64,000 nucleotides of DNA from an uncultured cyanobacterium (GCA_963706595.1 OY970166.1:4576001-4640000), one strand, 5' to 3'; positions 17,138 through 28,041 are shown, counted from the first letter of the stretch. Made by a program: numbers and translations. The notes: generated by a model from the letters alone, not told the origin.

Positions 17138-18421
17138 TTAAAAATCATCATTATAATTTCTCACAGTTTTAGGGTCAGGAGCAAAAGCCAACCATAAAGG
17201 AAATTGCAGCATTGCTAAACTAATTTGCTCGAAGGAATCATCAATGATAATGAAAGGTAATTGATTAGCCTTCACCAACCGGTCAGCTTTTTGAGCCAAA
17301 GCTTCAGGCGTTTCAAACAAAGCCACACCTCTATCCGGTCCAAAATCAGGGCGAGTAATTCCCAAGCAGTCTTGCAAACCGCGCCGCCATTCACCTAAAC
17401 GTTCTGGTGTATTAGCTAAAACCAGAATGCGGATGCGATCGCCATACAATCTGTGTAATATCGAAGCCACAGCCGAAGCAATGAGAATATTCTGCAAGCG
17501 GCTACCCATACTCCGCAAAGCACCCCGTCCTCCTTGGCTGAAGAACCAATCAGACACTCGTTCTGCGTGGACAGGTTCAAAAGTCCGGCGCAGTTGCCAA
17601 GGCGGTCCATAATAATCTGGTTTGCTGCGATATTGGTCAATCAGACGGCGAATTTTATTGGTAGTATCTTGAAACTGTTGTTGGGCAAATTGCGGTGTTC
17701 CCGGCTGTTCTGCGGCTGCTTTCACCTCTTGGACAACAGGTTTAGCTCGTTCTGCTACCACTGGTGGTGTCAGTTGCAATTGCTCTGCTGACATAGCCAA
17801 ATCCTGTAAACTACCAGTGAGATAGTCTTTAAAGCCCTGCACCCGAATAGCTAAATCTTGGGATGTTCCCGCAAAAGTAGTTCGCATCTCATTCCGAATG
17901 CGTTCTTGGCGGCGTTCTAGCTGTTCTACAGAAATTTGCAGTGCTTGTTTGCGTTGTTCTAACTGCACTAGGGACTCTTGTACAAGTCTTCCTAGAGAGG
18001 TTTGAGTTTCACTTAATTGTTCCTGAAGCGTTTTGTAAGACACTTCTAAACTGTTTATTTCTGCCTTCAGCGCTACTTCTGTGCGTTGTAACTCGGCGAC
18101 TCTGGCCTCAGCTTCGGCGTATAGTAAATTATCTTGTGACTCTGATTTTACCTCTGACTCCATTACCGGAGTTTCTGCTTCTAACTCCACTGCAAATTCA
18201 ACAGTTGACTCTTTTGTAGACTCCATCACAAAATCTACCACTTCTGTATTAGAAAGAATTGGCTGAATATCTGGGTTATTTTCGGGTATATCAGGCGCTT
18301 CTGCTTCCAGGACTGACTCTACAGATGAATTTTCCAGCTTTTCCAGCCTGGGGTTGTCTACTTCTATTTGTTCCAACCACTCATCAATCTGTTCTGGGGT
18401 TTGAGATTCCTCTGGGTTCAT
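17138..18421 (-). CDS. DUF3086-like cyanobacterial coiled-coil protein
   Basis: Coiled coil plus conserved PDYYGPPWQLRR; located upstream of plsY. Confidence 0.75.
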   Translation of the reverse strand: MNPEESQTPEQIDEWLEQIEVDNPRLEKLENSSVESVLEAEAPDIPENNPDIQPILSNTEVVDFVMESTKESTVEFAVELEAETPVMESEVKSESQDNLLYAEAEARVAELQRTEVALKAEINSLEVSYKTLQEQLSETQTSLGRLVQESLVQLEQRKQALQISVEQLERRQERIRNEMRTTFAGTSQDLAIRVQGFKDYLTGSLQDLAMSAEQLQLTPPVVAERAKPVVQEVKAAAEQPGTPQFAQQQFQDTTNKIRRLIDQYRSKPDYYGPPWQLRRTFEPVHAERVSDWFFSQGGRGALRSMGSRLQNILIASAVASILHRLYGDRIRILVLANTPERLGEWRRGLQDCLGITRPDFGPDRGVALFETPEALAQKADRLVKANQLPFIIIDDSFEQISLAMLQFPLWLAFAPDPKTVRNYNDDF

Positions 18422-18528
18422 AAACAATAATGCAATTCCTATGATGCAAATAAATAACTTTCACAAAATATAGTCTAAATTCAAAACCACTCAGTCAAGG
18501 CTTGTGCTAACAGAACTTCAAACCACAC

Positions 18529-18942
18529 TCATATACGTGGACAACGTTCTTCTAAGCAAGATTTCAGGGTTTTGGGGTCAAACAAAATCGGTAAAAAGTG
18601 AATGCTGTTAACTTCCTTAAAATAAAACAAGATGGGAATTCCATTCCAGAAGACACGCCAATTTTGCCATTGTTGGTAGGGAAAGCGCCGCAGTAGTTTT
18701 TCGCCTCGGTAAATATCTAAGTCTGTAGCGGTAAAGTGTAACCGTATTGTTCGAGTTTGAATTAAAAGAAATAAACCCAACAATCCGATGACTACTCCTA
18801 CCCAAAGCTGCACTACCAGTAATGGCACAGCAGCAACTAGCAACACAATAGGGATATTGTAGCTAGGCTTGAGTTCCACAGTTAATGTTGAAGGCGCAAA
18901 TGAACTTGTCACAATTTGCAATCCTGTTTTCTTACTAGACAT
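18529..18942 (-). CDS. DUF3119-like membrane protein
   Basis: Two TM helices then ILFYFKEVNSIHFLPILFD. Confidence 0.75.
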   Translation of the reverse strand: MSSKKTGLQIVTSSFAPSTLTVELKPSYNIPIVLLVAAVPLLVVQLWVGVVIGLLGLFLLIQTRTIRLHFTATDLDIYRGEKLLRRFPYQQWQNWRVFWNGIPILFYFKEVNSIHFLPILFDPKTLKSCLEERCPRI

Positions 18943-18994
18943 CTATCCTATTTTACGAGTTCGGGGTTCCTAGTAGAAAACTGCCTACTCTCAA

Positions 18995-19056
18995 CTCCCT
19001 ACTCCCTACTCCCTACTCCCTACTCCCTACTCCCTACTCCCTACTCCCCACTCCCC
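18995..19056 (+). repeat. STRR heptamer array (CTCCCTA)n
   Basis: About 8 tandem copies. Related GGGGAGT/CTCCCCA arrays occur at 15098-15128, 63266-63296 and 63945-63978. Confidence 0.85.
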
Positions 19057-19060
19057 AGTT

Positions 19061-19858
19061 TTAAAACCCTTGCAACAATGCACCACCAGTTCCCTGAAAC
19101 ATTAACCATGAAAGAAAGAAATTGCTAGTAAATATAATCAGCAAGGAAGTAACAACAGCCGTTGTGGTTGATTGTCCCACGCCTTTAGCTCCACCCTTCG
19201 TAGTTAAACCCCAACTGCAACCAATGACGGCGATTAGCAAGCCAAAGCAGCACGCCTTAATTAAAGCGCTGATAATATCCCAAATGCCGACAAGGTTACG
19301 AGCTGAGTCTAGAAATACGGTATCGGCAATACCATAGATATTCGTCGCAATCACTAATCCCCCTAAAATCCCTGTGATTAAAGACAAAAGGGTTAAAATC
19401 GGCAGCATTAAGCAGCAAGCAAGCACGCGAGGGATAACGAGGTAATCAATGGGATCAGTTTTTAAGATAAATAAAGCATCGATTTGCTCCGTTACCCGCA
19501 TAGTACCTATTTCGGCTGCAAAGGCAGAACCAACTCTTCCCGCCAAAACCACTGCGGTTAGCACGGGTGACAGTTCTCGTGTCAATGCTACCGCCAGGAC
19601 TCCGCCCACGAGATTAGAAGCGCCAAAGTTAATAAACTCCCGTGCTACCTGAATGGTAAACACTGCGCCGACAAACACAGCCGTTAACAAGGCAATAAAT
19701 AAGGAATCTGGCCAAACAACTGCCATTTGCTCTAAAGTGTTGCGCCAATTAATTTTTCCCCTCAAAAGGTGAACTATTACTTGTCCACCCAGGAAAATCG
19801 CCGCCAGCAGTCGCTGACTCCATGCTCCTAAACTGGATTTGGATTTGGTCTCACTCAA
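19061..19858 (-). CDS. mlaE: MlaE/TGD1-family lipid ABC transporter permease
   Basis: RELSPVLTAVVLAGRVGSAFAAEIGTMRVTEQIDAL. Confidence 0.88.
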   Translation of the reverse strand: MSETKSKSSLGAWSQRLLAAIFLGGQVIVHLLRGKINWRNTLEQMAVVWPDSLFIALLTAVFVGAVFTIQVAREFINFGASNLVGGVLAVALTRELSPVLTAVVLAGRVGSAFAAEIGTMRVTEQIDALFILKTDPIDYLVIPRVLACCLMLPILTLLSLITGILGGLVIATNIYGIADTVFLDSARNLVGIWDIISALIKACCFGLLIAVIGCSWGLTTKGGAKGVGQSTTTAVVTSLLIIFTSNFFLSWLMFQGTGGALLQGF

Positions 19859-20296
19859 TGTTTTGTAGCTAACACAGTAACTGCATTAAGAATAGCGGAT
19901 GTCGGTTGCTTTTGGTCATTGGTCAATCAATTTTAGATTTTAGATTTTGGATGAGACTGCAATCTAAAATCCCAAATTCTTGACTCCCTGCTTCCAACTC
20001 TACGGGGTGAAACGTTAACTTAACTTAAAGCTCGTCTCAGAAAGTAAAGTTGCGTAACTTCTGTTTTGATCGCATTCTTACGAAATAATATCGAGCAAAA
20101 GCTTTGCTGTATATGGGTTTAAGTTAAGTTAAACCTTTTTAATTCTCAAATTATCTGATTTAATAAGGGGCTGTTTCTTTTAATGGAAACTTAAGATTTT
20201 TGACATATCCTCTGTTGAGGAGCGATCGCACGTATTCTGGAAGATGACATCTCAGTTTTCAGCGATTATTCACTTTATCAACGGAGCTTGCTGTAA

Positions 20297-20593
20297 ATGT
20301 CTGTTTTCACCAACTTTCTCCGCTCCCTACTGTTGACTATATTTTTTAGCTTTATTGCTCCCATGTCCTTGGTCGGTGGCTTATTATTCTTTTTGCCCCT
20401 CATCGGTCACTTTCGGGCTTTACAAGGAACAACTGAGGCCAGCGCGACTCGGATCATACATTTTCTCGCTGTCTTTGGCAGTGGTCATCCCCTTCATGGA
20501 CTTGTAATCATTAGTTTGACTTGTAGTTTCGTCGGGGCCCTGTTTGACACTTATGCTTATTACCGCTATCAAATTTTACGCATCGACTCTTAA
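20297..20593 (+). CDS. Small membrane hypothetical protein
   Basis: 98 aa, hydrophobic, GGAG upstream. Confidence 0.65.
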   Translation: MSVFTNFLRSLLLTIFFSFIAPMSLVGGLLFFLPLIGHFRALQGTTEASATRIIHFLAVFGSGHPLHGLVIISLTCSFVGALFDTYAYYRYQILRIDS

Positions 20594-20907
20594 ATGATCA
20601 GAACACTGGTTTGGGTGTTCACAGACAAATCAAAAAACTACAATCTGTAACCTCGATAGGTACTACTATTGCTAGGCTGATCTCATTAACTTGTTTTAAT
20701 AAATATTAATTAAATTATCAATAGTTACTAAATAATAACATACTATGGTATTGCAGAGTAACTACAGTATTAATCAAAATTGTAACTTTATATTTCAATA
20801 AATATACGCAGGAAATCTAAAAAGATAATTAAGATTTTCCATAGGCTCATGGCGCTGAGTTTTTTTGCACAGAGGAAAGTACGACGTTTAAGCGCTGGGC
20901 AATTTAT

Positions 20908-22320
20908 CAAATAATTGGGTTGAAAACCCCGTGCTTGCAGCACGGCTTTAATTTACTAGAGAAAGTAGTGCTAGTAAATATGTGGTATAAGAGTGAAATG
21001 CTAACCATGAATTACCGCTATCGAATCTACCCCACTATCACCCAAGAACAGACACTTCTTGAGTGGATGGATATTTGTCGCGTTGCCTACAATTATGGGT
21101 TGCGAGAAATTAAGGACTGGTGCAATAGTCGTAAGTGCATGGTTGACAGATGTTCGATTAGTCATGAATATATCATAGCTGCGGACGTTCCTTTCCCTAG
21201 CGAAGTGCGCCAGCTTAATGCTTTGCCAAAAGCTAAAAAAGTATTTACCCGATTAAGCGAAGTACCAAGTCAGGTTTTGCAGCAAGCACTCAAACAATTG
21301 CAGCGAGCATGGGAGGGATTTGTGAAAGTTGGGCATGGGTTTCCCAGATTTAAAAAGTTTGGGCAGTTCAAATCTTTGCTGTTCCCTCAGTTTAAACAGA
21401 ACCCAGTGCAAGGAGTACATATTGCACTGCCTAAACTGGGGTTGATTCGAGTCAACTTGCATCGCCCAGTTCCAAGTGGATTTGTGGTTAAGCAAGTTCG
21501 GATAATTAACAAAGCTAATGTTTGGTACGCTTCTATCAACATTCAATGTGATGTTAATGTTCCCAGTCCAATGCCGCATGGTCATCCCATTGGGGTAGAT
21601 GTAGGACTGAAAAAGTTTTTAGCAACCAGTGATGGTGTTCTCGTAAAATCGCCCAAGTTCCTGAAAGTGATGCAAAGCCAGCTGAAATTGCTGCAACGCA
21701 GGCTTTCTCGGAAAAAGAAGCGCTCTAAAAATTACGAGAAACAACGCATCAAGGTTGCTAGACTTCACCACAGGATTGATAACACCCGCAAAGATTACCA
21801 TTTCAAACAAGCTCATGCTCTTTGTGATGCTGGTGATATGCTCTTCATGGAAGACTTGGATTACCGGACTTTGGCCAAAGGAATGCTTGGGTTACAGATG
21901 CTTGACGCTGGGTTTGGACAATTCCGAACCATCACCAAGTACGTGTGTTGGAAACGGGGTAAATTCTTTGCTGAAGTTAGCGCTAGGGGAACTTCTATCG
22001 AGTGTCCTGAATGTGGTGCAGAAGTTAGAAAAGACTTGAGCGTTAGAGTGCATCATTGTCCTAGTTGCAATTACACGACTGATAGAGATGTTGCTAGTGG
22101 TCAAGTCATTAGAAACAGAGGAATTAAATTAATTAGTACCGATGGGCAGTCGGGAATCCAAAACGCCTATGCAGACGGTTTGCCGGGGATTGAAGAAACT
22201 CAGTCTAGGTCAAAGTCGAAAACCCGTGAGACTCGCCTTGAGCGCAGTCGAAAGGAAACAACTAGGAAATCCAAGAAGTGATTCTTAGAAACTCCTTACC
22301 TTTAGGTCGGAGTCATGTCA
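20908..22320 (+). mobile_element. IS200/IS605-family element, TnpB only (no tnpA)
   Basis: Left-end hairpin CCGTGC..GCACGG after TTTAT. Right-end hairpin ACTCC..ACCTTTAGGT..GGAGT ending GTCA at 22320. Confidence 0.75.
20998..22281 (+). CDS. tnpB: RNA-guided endonuclease TnpB
   Basis: N-terminal YRYRIYP HTH; RuvC D (GVDVG), E (MEDL), D (DRDV); zinc finger CPEC/CPSC. Confidence 0.93.
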   Translation: MLTMNYRYRIYPTITQEQTLLEWMDICRVAYNYGLREIKDWCNSRKCMVDRCSISHEYIIAADVPFPSEVRQLNALPKAKKVFTRLSEVPSQVLQQALKQLQRAWEGFVKVGHGFPRFKKFGQFKSLLFPQFKQNPVQGVHIALPKLGLIRVNLHRPVPSGFVVKQVRIINKANVWYASINIQCDVNVPSPMPHGHPIGVDVGLKKFLATSDGVLVKSPKFLKVMQSQLKLLQRRLSRKKKRSKNYEKQRIKVARLHHRIDNTRKDYHFKQAHALCDAGDMLFMEDLDYRTLAKGMLGLQMLDAGFGQFRTITKYVCWKRGKFFAEVSARGTSIECPECGAEVRKDLSVRVHHCPSCNYTTDRDVASGQVIRNRGIKLISTDGQSGIQNAYADGLPGIEETQSRSKSKTRETRLERSRKETTRKSKK

Positions 22321-22354
22321 CATTGAGTGTATTACAGAGGTTTTTTAACTGCTC

Positions 22355-23176
22355 ATGGTCTGGCCTTTCAAGTCCAAGTTTCGCAAACAAATTGCCCGGA
22401 TAGAAATTACTGGTGCGATCGCAGGTTCTACTCGCAAGCGCGTATTAGAAGCCCTAAAAACCGTAGAAGAGAGAAAGTTTCCCGCTTTACTCCTACGCAT
22501 CGATAGTCCTGGGGGTACAGTTGGAGATTCACAAGAAATCTACAGCGCCCTGAAAAGGTTACGCAAGAAAATTAAAATTGTCGCCAGCTTTGGTAACATT
22601 TCGGCTTCTGGCGGTGTCTACATTGGCATGGGAGCCGAACACATCATGGCTAACCCTGGTACAATCACCGGGAGTATTGGCGTAATTTTACGAGGAAACA
22701 ACTTAGAACGCTTGCTGGAAAAAGTCGGTGTTTCCTTCAAAGTGATCAAATCTGGCCCTTACAAAGACATTTTGTCCTTTGACCGCCAACTTACTGCACC
22801 AGAAGAAACCATCTTGCAAGAGTTGATTGACATCAGTTATCAGCAGTTTGTCCACACAATCGCTGAGGCGCGTTCCTTGGAAGTAGAAACTGTCAAAAGT
22901 TTCGCTGATGGTCGAATTTTTACCGGAGAACAAGCTTTAGAATTAGGCGTTATAGACCGTCTGGGAACTGAAGAAGATGCGCGTTGCTGGACAGCAGAAA
23001 TGGTGGGTCTTGATCCTGACAAAGCGCCCTGTTATACCCTAGAAGAACGAAAACCTTTATTGAGTCGCGTTCTACCCGGAAGCCGTCAGGTTTCATCAGG
23101 GCTGGGGGCGGGAATTAATTGGTTGGAGTTTGAAATGTCTACCAGTGGTCTGCCACTGTGGTTATATCGACCATAA
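22355..23176 (+). CDS. sppA: Signal peptide peptidase SppA (36K type)
   Basis: RIDSPGG, ASGGVY, TGSIGV and KSGPYKD motifs. Confidence 0.92.
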   Translation: MVWPFKSKFRKQIARIEITGAIAGSTRKRVLEALKTVEERKFPALLLRIDSPGGTVGDSQEIYSALKRLRKKIKIVASFGNISASGGVYIGMGAEHIMANPGTITGSIGVILRGNNLERLLEKVGVSFKVIKSGPYKDILSFDRQLTAPEETILQELIDISYQQFVHTIAEARSLEVETVKSFADGRIFTGEQALELGVIDRLGTEEDARCWTAEMVGLDPDKAPCYTLEERKPLLSRVLPGSRQVSSGLGAGINWLEFEMSTSGLPLWLYRP

Positions 23177-23264
23177 AAAATTCACACTCATTGGTCAATA
23201 GTCTTTGATTAATGACCAATGACTGATGACTCATAACTGATGATTAATTAAGGAGGATTTTGGC

Positions 23265-23678
23265 GTGGAGTGGAAAATGCGGGCGATTCGTGGAGCAACA
23301 ACCGTTTCCGAAAACACCATTGAAGCGATTACAGAAGCGGTTACAGAACTCATAGATGAACTAGAACAACGAAATCAACTCCAGCCAGAGGAGATGATTA
23401 GTGTAACTTTCTCAGTGACACGGGATTTGGATGCGATTTTTCCGGCGGCGATCGCGCGATCGCGTTCTGGATGGGATAATGTGGCTATGTTGGATGTACA
23501 GCAAATGCACGTCGAAGGTAGCTTACAGCGTTGCATTCGGTTTCTCATTCACGCTCACCTCCCAGCTTCTACACCAATTAATCATATTTATTTGCGCCAA
23601 GCTGCTAAGTTACGTCCAGACTGGAGTTTATCTCAGCCGTTACAACCATCACAGCACGTAGTTAAGTCAAAAGTTTAA
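23265..23678 (+). CDS. aroH: Chorismate mutase, AroH class
   Basis: RAIRGATT, DLDAIFPA and LRPD motifs. Confidence 0.92.
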   Translation: MEWKMRAIRGATTVSENTIEAITEAVTELIDELEQRNQLQPEEMISVTFSVTRDLDAIFPAAIARSRSGWDNVAMLDVQQMHVEGSLQRCIRFLIHAHLPASTPINHIYLRQAAKLRPDWSLSQPLQPSQHVVKSKV

Positions 23679-23715
23679 AATACGGCTGTAAATTATATGT
23701 AAAAATTAGCACGAA

Positions 23716-24000
23716 ATGAGCTATTACCGTGGTGATGCGGCTCAACATACTGCCATTGGCGGGAGAATGTTTACTGAGCGGGGAACTGGTGTTTGCGTGA
23801 AGTTAGAGGATTTTTTGAGCATTCTCTCCAAAATGGAGCAGCCACTAGTAATTTTCACGAGTGAAGGCTATTTCACCAAAATCTACAAGTATGTCACAGC
23901 ATACAAAGGTTTTGTGTTTTTTGCCGAATCTTTAGACAAATTGGATTTTGGTAGCAATATTGAGGTGATTTACGCTCAAAATCTCTGCACTGATATTTGA
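23716..24000 (+). CDS. Hypothetical protein
   Basis: 94-aa ORF (YKYVTAYKGFVFF). Confidence 0.6.
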   Translation: MSYYRGDAAQHTAIGGRMFTERGTGVCVKLEDFLSILSKMEQPLVIFTSEGYFTKIYKYVTAYKGFVFFAESLDKLDFGSNIEVIYAQNLCTDI

Positions 24001-24115
24001 ACTAAACCAGAGTGCATCAACCTCTCGTCTATTTGGCTGTGTATAAAGTAGGAAATACCAGCAATGCAACAGTCAGGTAGTGGCACAATTCATTATCTGG
24101 CTGTCGCTATCTTTT

Positions 24116-24487
24116 TCACTCTTGAGTCCCTGAAGCTACTTTTAGGTTATTCGTTTGATTTGATTTAAGTTCATCGATATTTTCTGTTTGGATGAATTCA
24201 TCAAATAGTTGAAAAAAAACATCTAAAGCAGCTGGTTCATAACAGCAAGCTTTTTCATATAAAATCATGACATCCCAAGTCAGATTATCACTCACATCAA
24301 ATTTATGCTTAATCCAGGATTGAAACTGGGAAAAATGCTTTTCTTGTGAGGTTTGCGGGATTCCCATCTGGCGACGGGCAAAGCAATAACCTGCTAAAAA
24401 AGTGCGGAGGTTCGAGATGGAAGGTTCTCCCAAATACATGGCAGGACGTTTCCGAATATTGCTGATTAGTTCATACAAATCAAACAT
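24116..24487 (-). CDS. Putative immunity-type protein
   Basis: IRKRPAMYLG...LAGY motif; immediately downstream of the toxin-domain gene. Confidence 0.55.
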   Translation of the reverse strand: MFDLYELISNIRKRPAMYLGEPSISNLRTFLAGYCFARRQMGIPQTSQEKHFSQFQSWIKHKFDVSDNLTWDVMILYEKACCYEPAALDVFFQLFDEFIQTENIDELKSNQTNNLKVASGTQE

Positions 24488-24500
24488 TTTTCTCTCCTGC

Positions 24501-24899
24501 TTAAAATTCGGTTTCGGTGATTTGGAAATTGCCACCTAAATCTTGGACAGGGCAGTAAAGGTTATTTATCCAGTCTACTCTGGAAATTCCTTCGGGGTGG
24601 ATGTTGTCAAAGATGAGTTCCTGTCCATCAATTTCTACAGCGATCGCTTCATGTCTTCCGTTGATAGGGATGTTTTGTTGGAGGCGTTCATGATAAATGT
24701 TACAGAAGGGATCTTCTGTAGTCCCTGTAGATAGGCTAATCTGTTTACCGGAAACTTTTTGATCTATGAGGAATTGCCGCAGGGCGATCGCACAGGAAAC
24801 ACATTCAAAAATTTGAAATTTTTCCGCGATCGCACTCAGTTGACTGTGAACTTTCCCATTGGTAATTTTTTTGTTAGGTAGCTTTCCTGTATCTGCCAT
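24501..24899 (-). CDS. Papain-fold toxin domain protein (Tox-PL-2-like)
   Basis: ECVSCA (Cys), NGRHEAI (His) and FDNIHPEG (Asp/Asn) arrangement. Confidence 0.7.
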   Translation of the reverse strand: MADTGKLPNKKITNGKVHSQLSAIAEKFQIFECVSCAIALRQFLIDQKVSGKQISLSTGTTEDPFCNIYHERLQQNIPINGRHEAIAVEIDGQELIFDNIHPEGISRVDWINNLYCPVQDLGGNFQITETEF

Positions 24900-24949
24900 G
24901 ATTAGACGATACGATACATAGAATAAGCTACCCTAACGCCACTGTGGAA

Positions 24950-25840
24950 CTATTCGTGATGACGATTAAATCTAATTCCTACAAAGATGTCATACACAAA
25001 TTCAAAAAAGTCTTTTTTCTGTAATAACCCCGATGTCTGAGGACTACCCTTTTCATCCAATAACGGCTTCATGGCGTAATAAGCAGGTTGGTAGTTATAC
25101 CAGGGAATAGAAGGCCATAAATGATGGATGAGGTGGTAATTCTGTCCCAAAATCAGGATATTGAGCAGTTTACCAGGATAAACACGGGCATTTTTCCAGC
25201 GATCGCGCTCCGCAAACGGACGATGTGGTAAATAATCAAAAAATAATCCTAATGCTATCCCCACCAAAAACGCCGGGATAAACCAAAAATTGAGAATGTA
25301 ACCTAAAAAGTGATACTGAATAGAGATATAAAAAATCGTCACAACAATTAAGCGGCTGACGAACCATTCTAATAGTTCATACTTACGCCACAGTCGCCGT
25401 TGAAAGAAAAACACCTCATGGTACAAAAAACGCACCGCAATCAACCACAACGGACCTCCTGTAGAGACGTAATGATCTGGGTCGTTTTTGGGATCATTGA
25501 CGTGGGAGTGATGCTGTAAATGCACCCGTGTAAATACGGGAAAAGCAAAAGCTAATATCAAAGCGCTACCATGCCCTAACATGGCATTAATCACGCGGTT
25601 GCGATGGGCTGATTGGTGACAAGCATCATGAATCACAGTGCCAGCACAATGTAAAGCCAGAGTATTAATGGTAAAACACAACCAGTCTGGCCATTGCCAT
25701 AGCCAGTAACCGCAGTTAGATAACACCAACATTGTTACCGTGGATAAAAACAGCAACAGTGTCGGATTAAAATCACCAGGAGGCGCTAAAAATTCCTTGG
25801 GCGGGATTTTCAGTGACTTCTGTGCCTCCAATGTGAGCAT
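24950..25840 (-). CDS. crtR: Beta-carotene hydroxylase CrtR
   Basis: His boxes HDACH, HLQHH and HLIHH; cyanobacterial CrtR-like sequence. Confidence 0.9.
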   Translation of the reverse strand: MLTLEAQKSLKIPPKEFLAPPGDFNPTLLLFLSTVTMLVLSNCGYWLWQWPDWLCFTINTLALHCAGTVIHDACHQSAHRNRVINAMLGHGSALILAFAFPVFTRVHLQHHSHVNDPKNDPDHYVSTGGPLWLIAVRFLYHEVFFFQRRLWRKYELLEWFVSRLIVVTIFYISIQYHFLGYILNFWFIPAFLVGIALGLFFDYLPHRPFAERDRWKNARVYPGKLLNILILGQNYHLIHHLWPSIPWYNYQPAYYAMKPLLDEKGSPQTSGLLQKKDFFEFVYDIFVGIRFNRHHE

Positions 25841-26271
25841 TTGTAACTCCTTCCTTGATCAATCATTACAAATATACGATAAAGATGAGCGGATTATAAA
25901 CTTTTGTAAGCTTTTATTTAGCAATATTTAACTTTATCTTTGCGGAAGAGTAGATGAATAGCGCTATGATTCCAGACGTGAGATAAGTTTTTGCTGATCA
26001 GTAGGATGTGCTAGGCAAGCATCAAAGAGTAGATTTCCAAACCTCTCTTACGCAGGATGTAACCAAGTTTGGTGTACGATATCTACTCTATCTCACAACT
26101 ATTGGGAAATGTTAACCAGGGGAAAATAAGTAATTGCTGCTCAAAGTTACTCTCACACCCCGATTCATCCTCTGCCTCTGTTGGTTATGGATATAGCAGT
26201 GACTGAAAACGAAACGCCCCTTAACTTACTATGAATCTCTAGATAGAGATAGCCCCCTAGAATCAGCCCCT

Positions 26272-28041
26272 ATGCAATTAAGAGACTCTCTACGCCGGAC
26301 AAAAATTGTAGCTACAATTGGACCTGCCACTAGCAGCCCAGAAATGCTGAAGGCGATTATTGAAGCGGGTGCAACGACACTGCGGCTCAACTTCTCCCAC
26401 GGTACTCATGCCGACCATCAGCGTAGTATTCGCTTAATTCGGCAAACAGCCTTTGAATTAAATCAGCCAGTGGCAATTCTCCAAGACTTGCAAGGGCCAA
26501 AAATTCGCTTAGGTAAGTTTGAAAATGGGTCGATCATTTTAGCAAAAGGCGATCGCTTCACCTTGACAAATCGCCCAGTTATCGGTTCACAAGAAATTAG
26601 CTGTGTTACCTACGATCATTTGGCAGAAGAAGTGCCTGTAGGTGCAAAAATTCTCCTTGATGATGGACGAGTAGAAATGCTCGTAGAAGAAATTAATCGT
26701 GACAAAGGCGATTTACACTGTTCTGTCACTGTCCCTGGGAAGTTGTCCAACAACAAAGGTGTCAACTTTCCCGGTGTTTACCTGTCCATCAAGGCCATGA
26801 CCGACAAGGACCGCGAGGATCTGATGTTTGGTCTAGACCAAGGAGTAGACTGGGTAGCGCTTTCCTTTGTCCGCAACCCCCAGGACATGATCGAAATTAA
26901 AGAGCTAATTTCTAGCACCGGCAAGCAAGTACCAGTAATTGCCAAAATTGAAAAACATGAAGCTATTGAACAAATGGAAGAAGTTCTAGCTTTATGTGAT
27001 GGCGTGATGGTTGCTAGAGGTGACTTAGGTGTAGAACTCCCGGCTGAGGATGTCCCTGTACTCCAAAAGCGGCTAATTGCTGCCGCCAATCGTTTAGGGA
27101 TTCCCATCATCACCGCTACCCAAATGTTGGACAGCATGGTGAGCAACCCCCGTCCCACTCGTGCGGAAGTGTCAGACGTAGCCAATGCCATTTTAGATGG
27201 CACCGATGCCGTGATGCTATCTAATGAAACTGCTGTGGGTGACTTTCCCGTAGAAGCCGTAGCCACAATGGCACGCATTGCCGAACGCATGGAGCAGGAA
27301 GAGGTACTACATCCAGTAGTCCGCCCACAGCGCGATGATCGGCGTTCTATTCCCAATGCTATTAGTCAAGCCGTGGGACAAATTGCTGAACAGTTGGGAG
27401 CAGCAGCAATTATGACCCTCACCCAAACAGGAGCTACAGCCCGTAATGTCTCGAAATTCCGTCCCCATACACCTATTTTGGCTGTGACACCCCATGTAAA
27501 TGTGGCACGACAGTTACAAATGGTTTGGGGAGTTAAACCCTTATTAGTGCTAGGGCTACCTTCCACTGGGCAGACATTTCAAGCGGCGATCAATGTCGCC
27601 CAAGAGCATAATTACCTTTCTGAGGGTGATTTGGTGGTCATGACTGCTGGTACACTCCAAGGCGTTTCCGGCTCAACGGATTTGGTCAAGGTTGAAGTTG
27701 TCACAGCCGTGCTAGGTCAGGGTATTGGTTTGGGACAAGGTTTTGTCAGTGGTCGTGCTAAGGTGGCTCACACTGGCATGGATGTGAGTAATTTCAATCC
27801 TGGAGATATTTTGGTTGCACCCCGCACCGATGCGGATTTTGTCGAGGCGATTCGGAAAGCTGCCGGGATTATTACAGAAGATGATAGTCTGACAAGTCAT
27901 GCCGCAGTCATTGCTTTACGTCTGGGTGTACCCGTAATTGTGGGTGTGAAGGCCGCAACTTCGGTGATTCGGGATGGAGCAATTCTGACTTTGGATCTAC
28001 AACGGGGTTTGGTTTACTCTGGTGCGGTGGGAACTCCGTAA
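26272..28041 (+). CDS. pyk: Pyruvate kinase with C-terminal PEP-utilising mobile domain
   Basis: TKIVATIGPA, MVARGDLGVE and TSHAAV motifs. Confidence 0.97.
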   Translation: MQLRDSLRRTKIVATIGPATSSPEMLKAIIEAGATTLRLNFSHGTHADHQRSIRLIRQTAFELNQPVAILQDLQGPKIRLGKFENGSIILAKGDRFTLTNRPVIGSQEISCVTYDHLAEEVPVGAKILLDDGRVEMLVEEINRDKGDLHCSVTVPGKLSNNKGVNFPGVYLSIKAMTDKDREDLMFGLDQGVDWVALSFVRNPQDMIEIKELISSTGKQVPVIAKIEKHEAIEQMEEVLALCDGVMVARGDLGVELPAEDVPVLQKRLIAAANRLGIPIITATQMLDSMVSNPRPTRAEVSDVANAILDGTDAVMLSNETAVGDFPVEAVATMARIAERMEQEEVLHPVVRPQRDDRRSIPNAISQAVGQIAEQLGAAAIMTLTQTGATARNVSKFRPHTPILAVTPHVNVARQLQMVWGVKPLLVLGLPSTGQTFQAAINVAQEHNYLSEGDLVVMTAGTLQGVSGSTDLVKVEVVTAVLGQGIGLGQGFVSGRAKVAHTGMDVSNFNPGDILVAPRTDADFVEAIRKAAGIITEDDSLTSHAAVIALRLGVPVIVGVKAATSVIRDGAILTLDLQRGLVYSGAVGTP

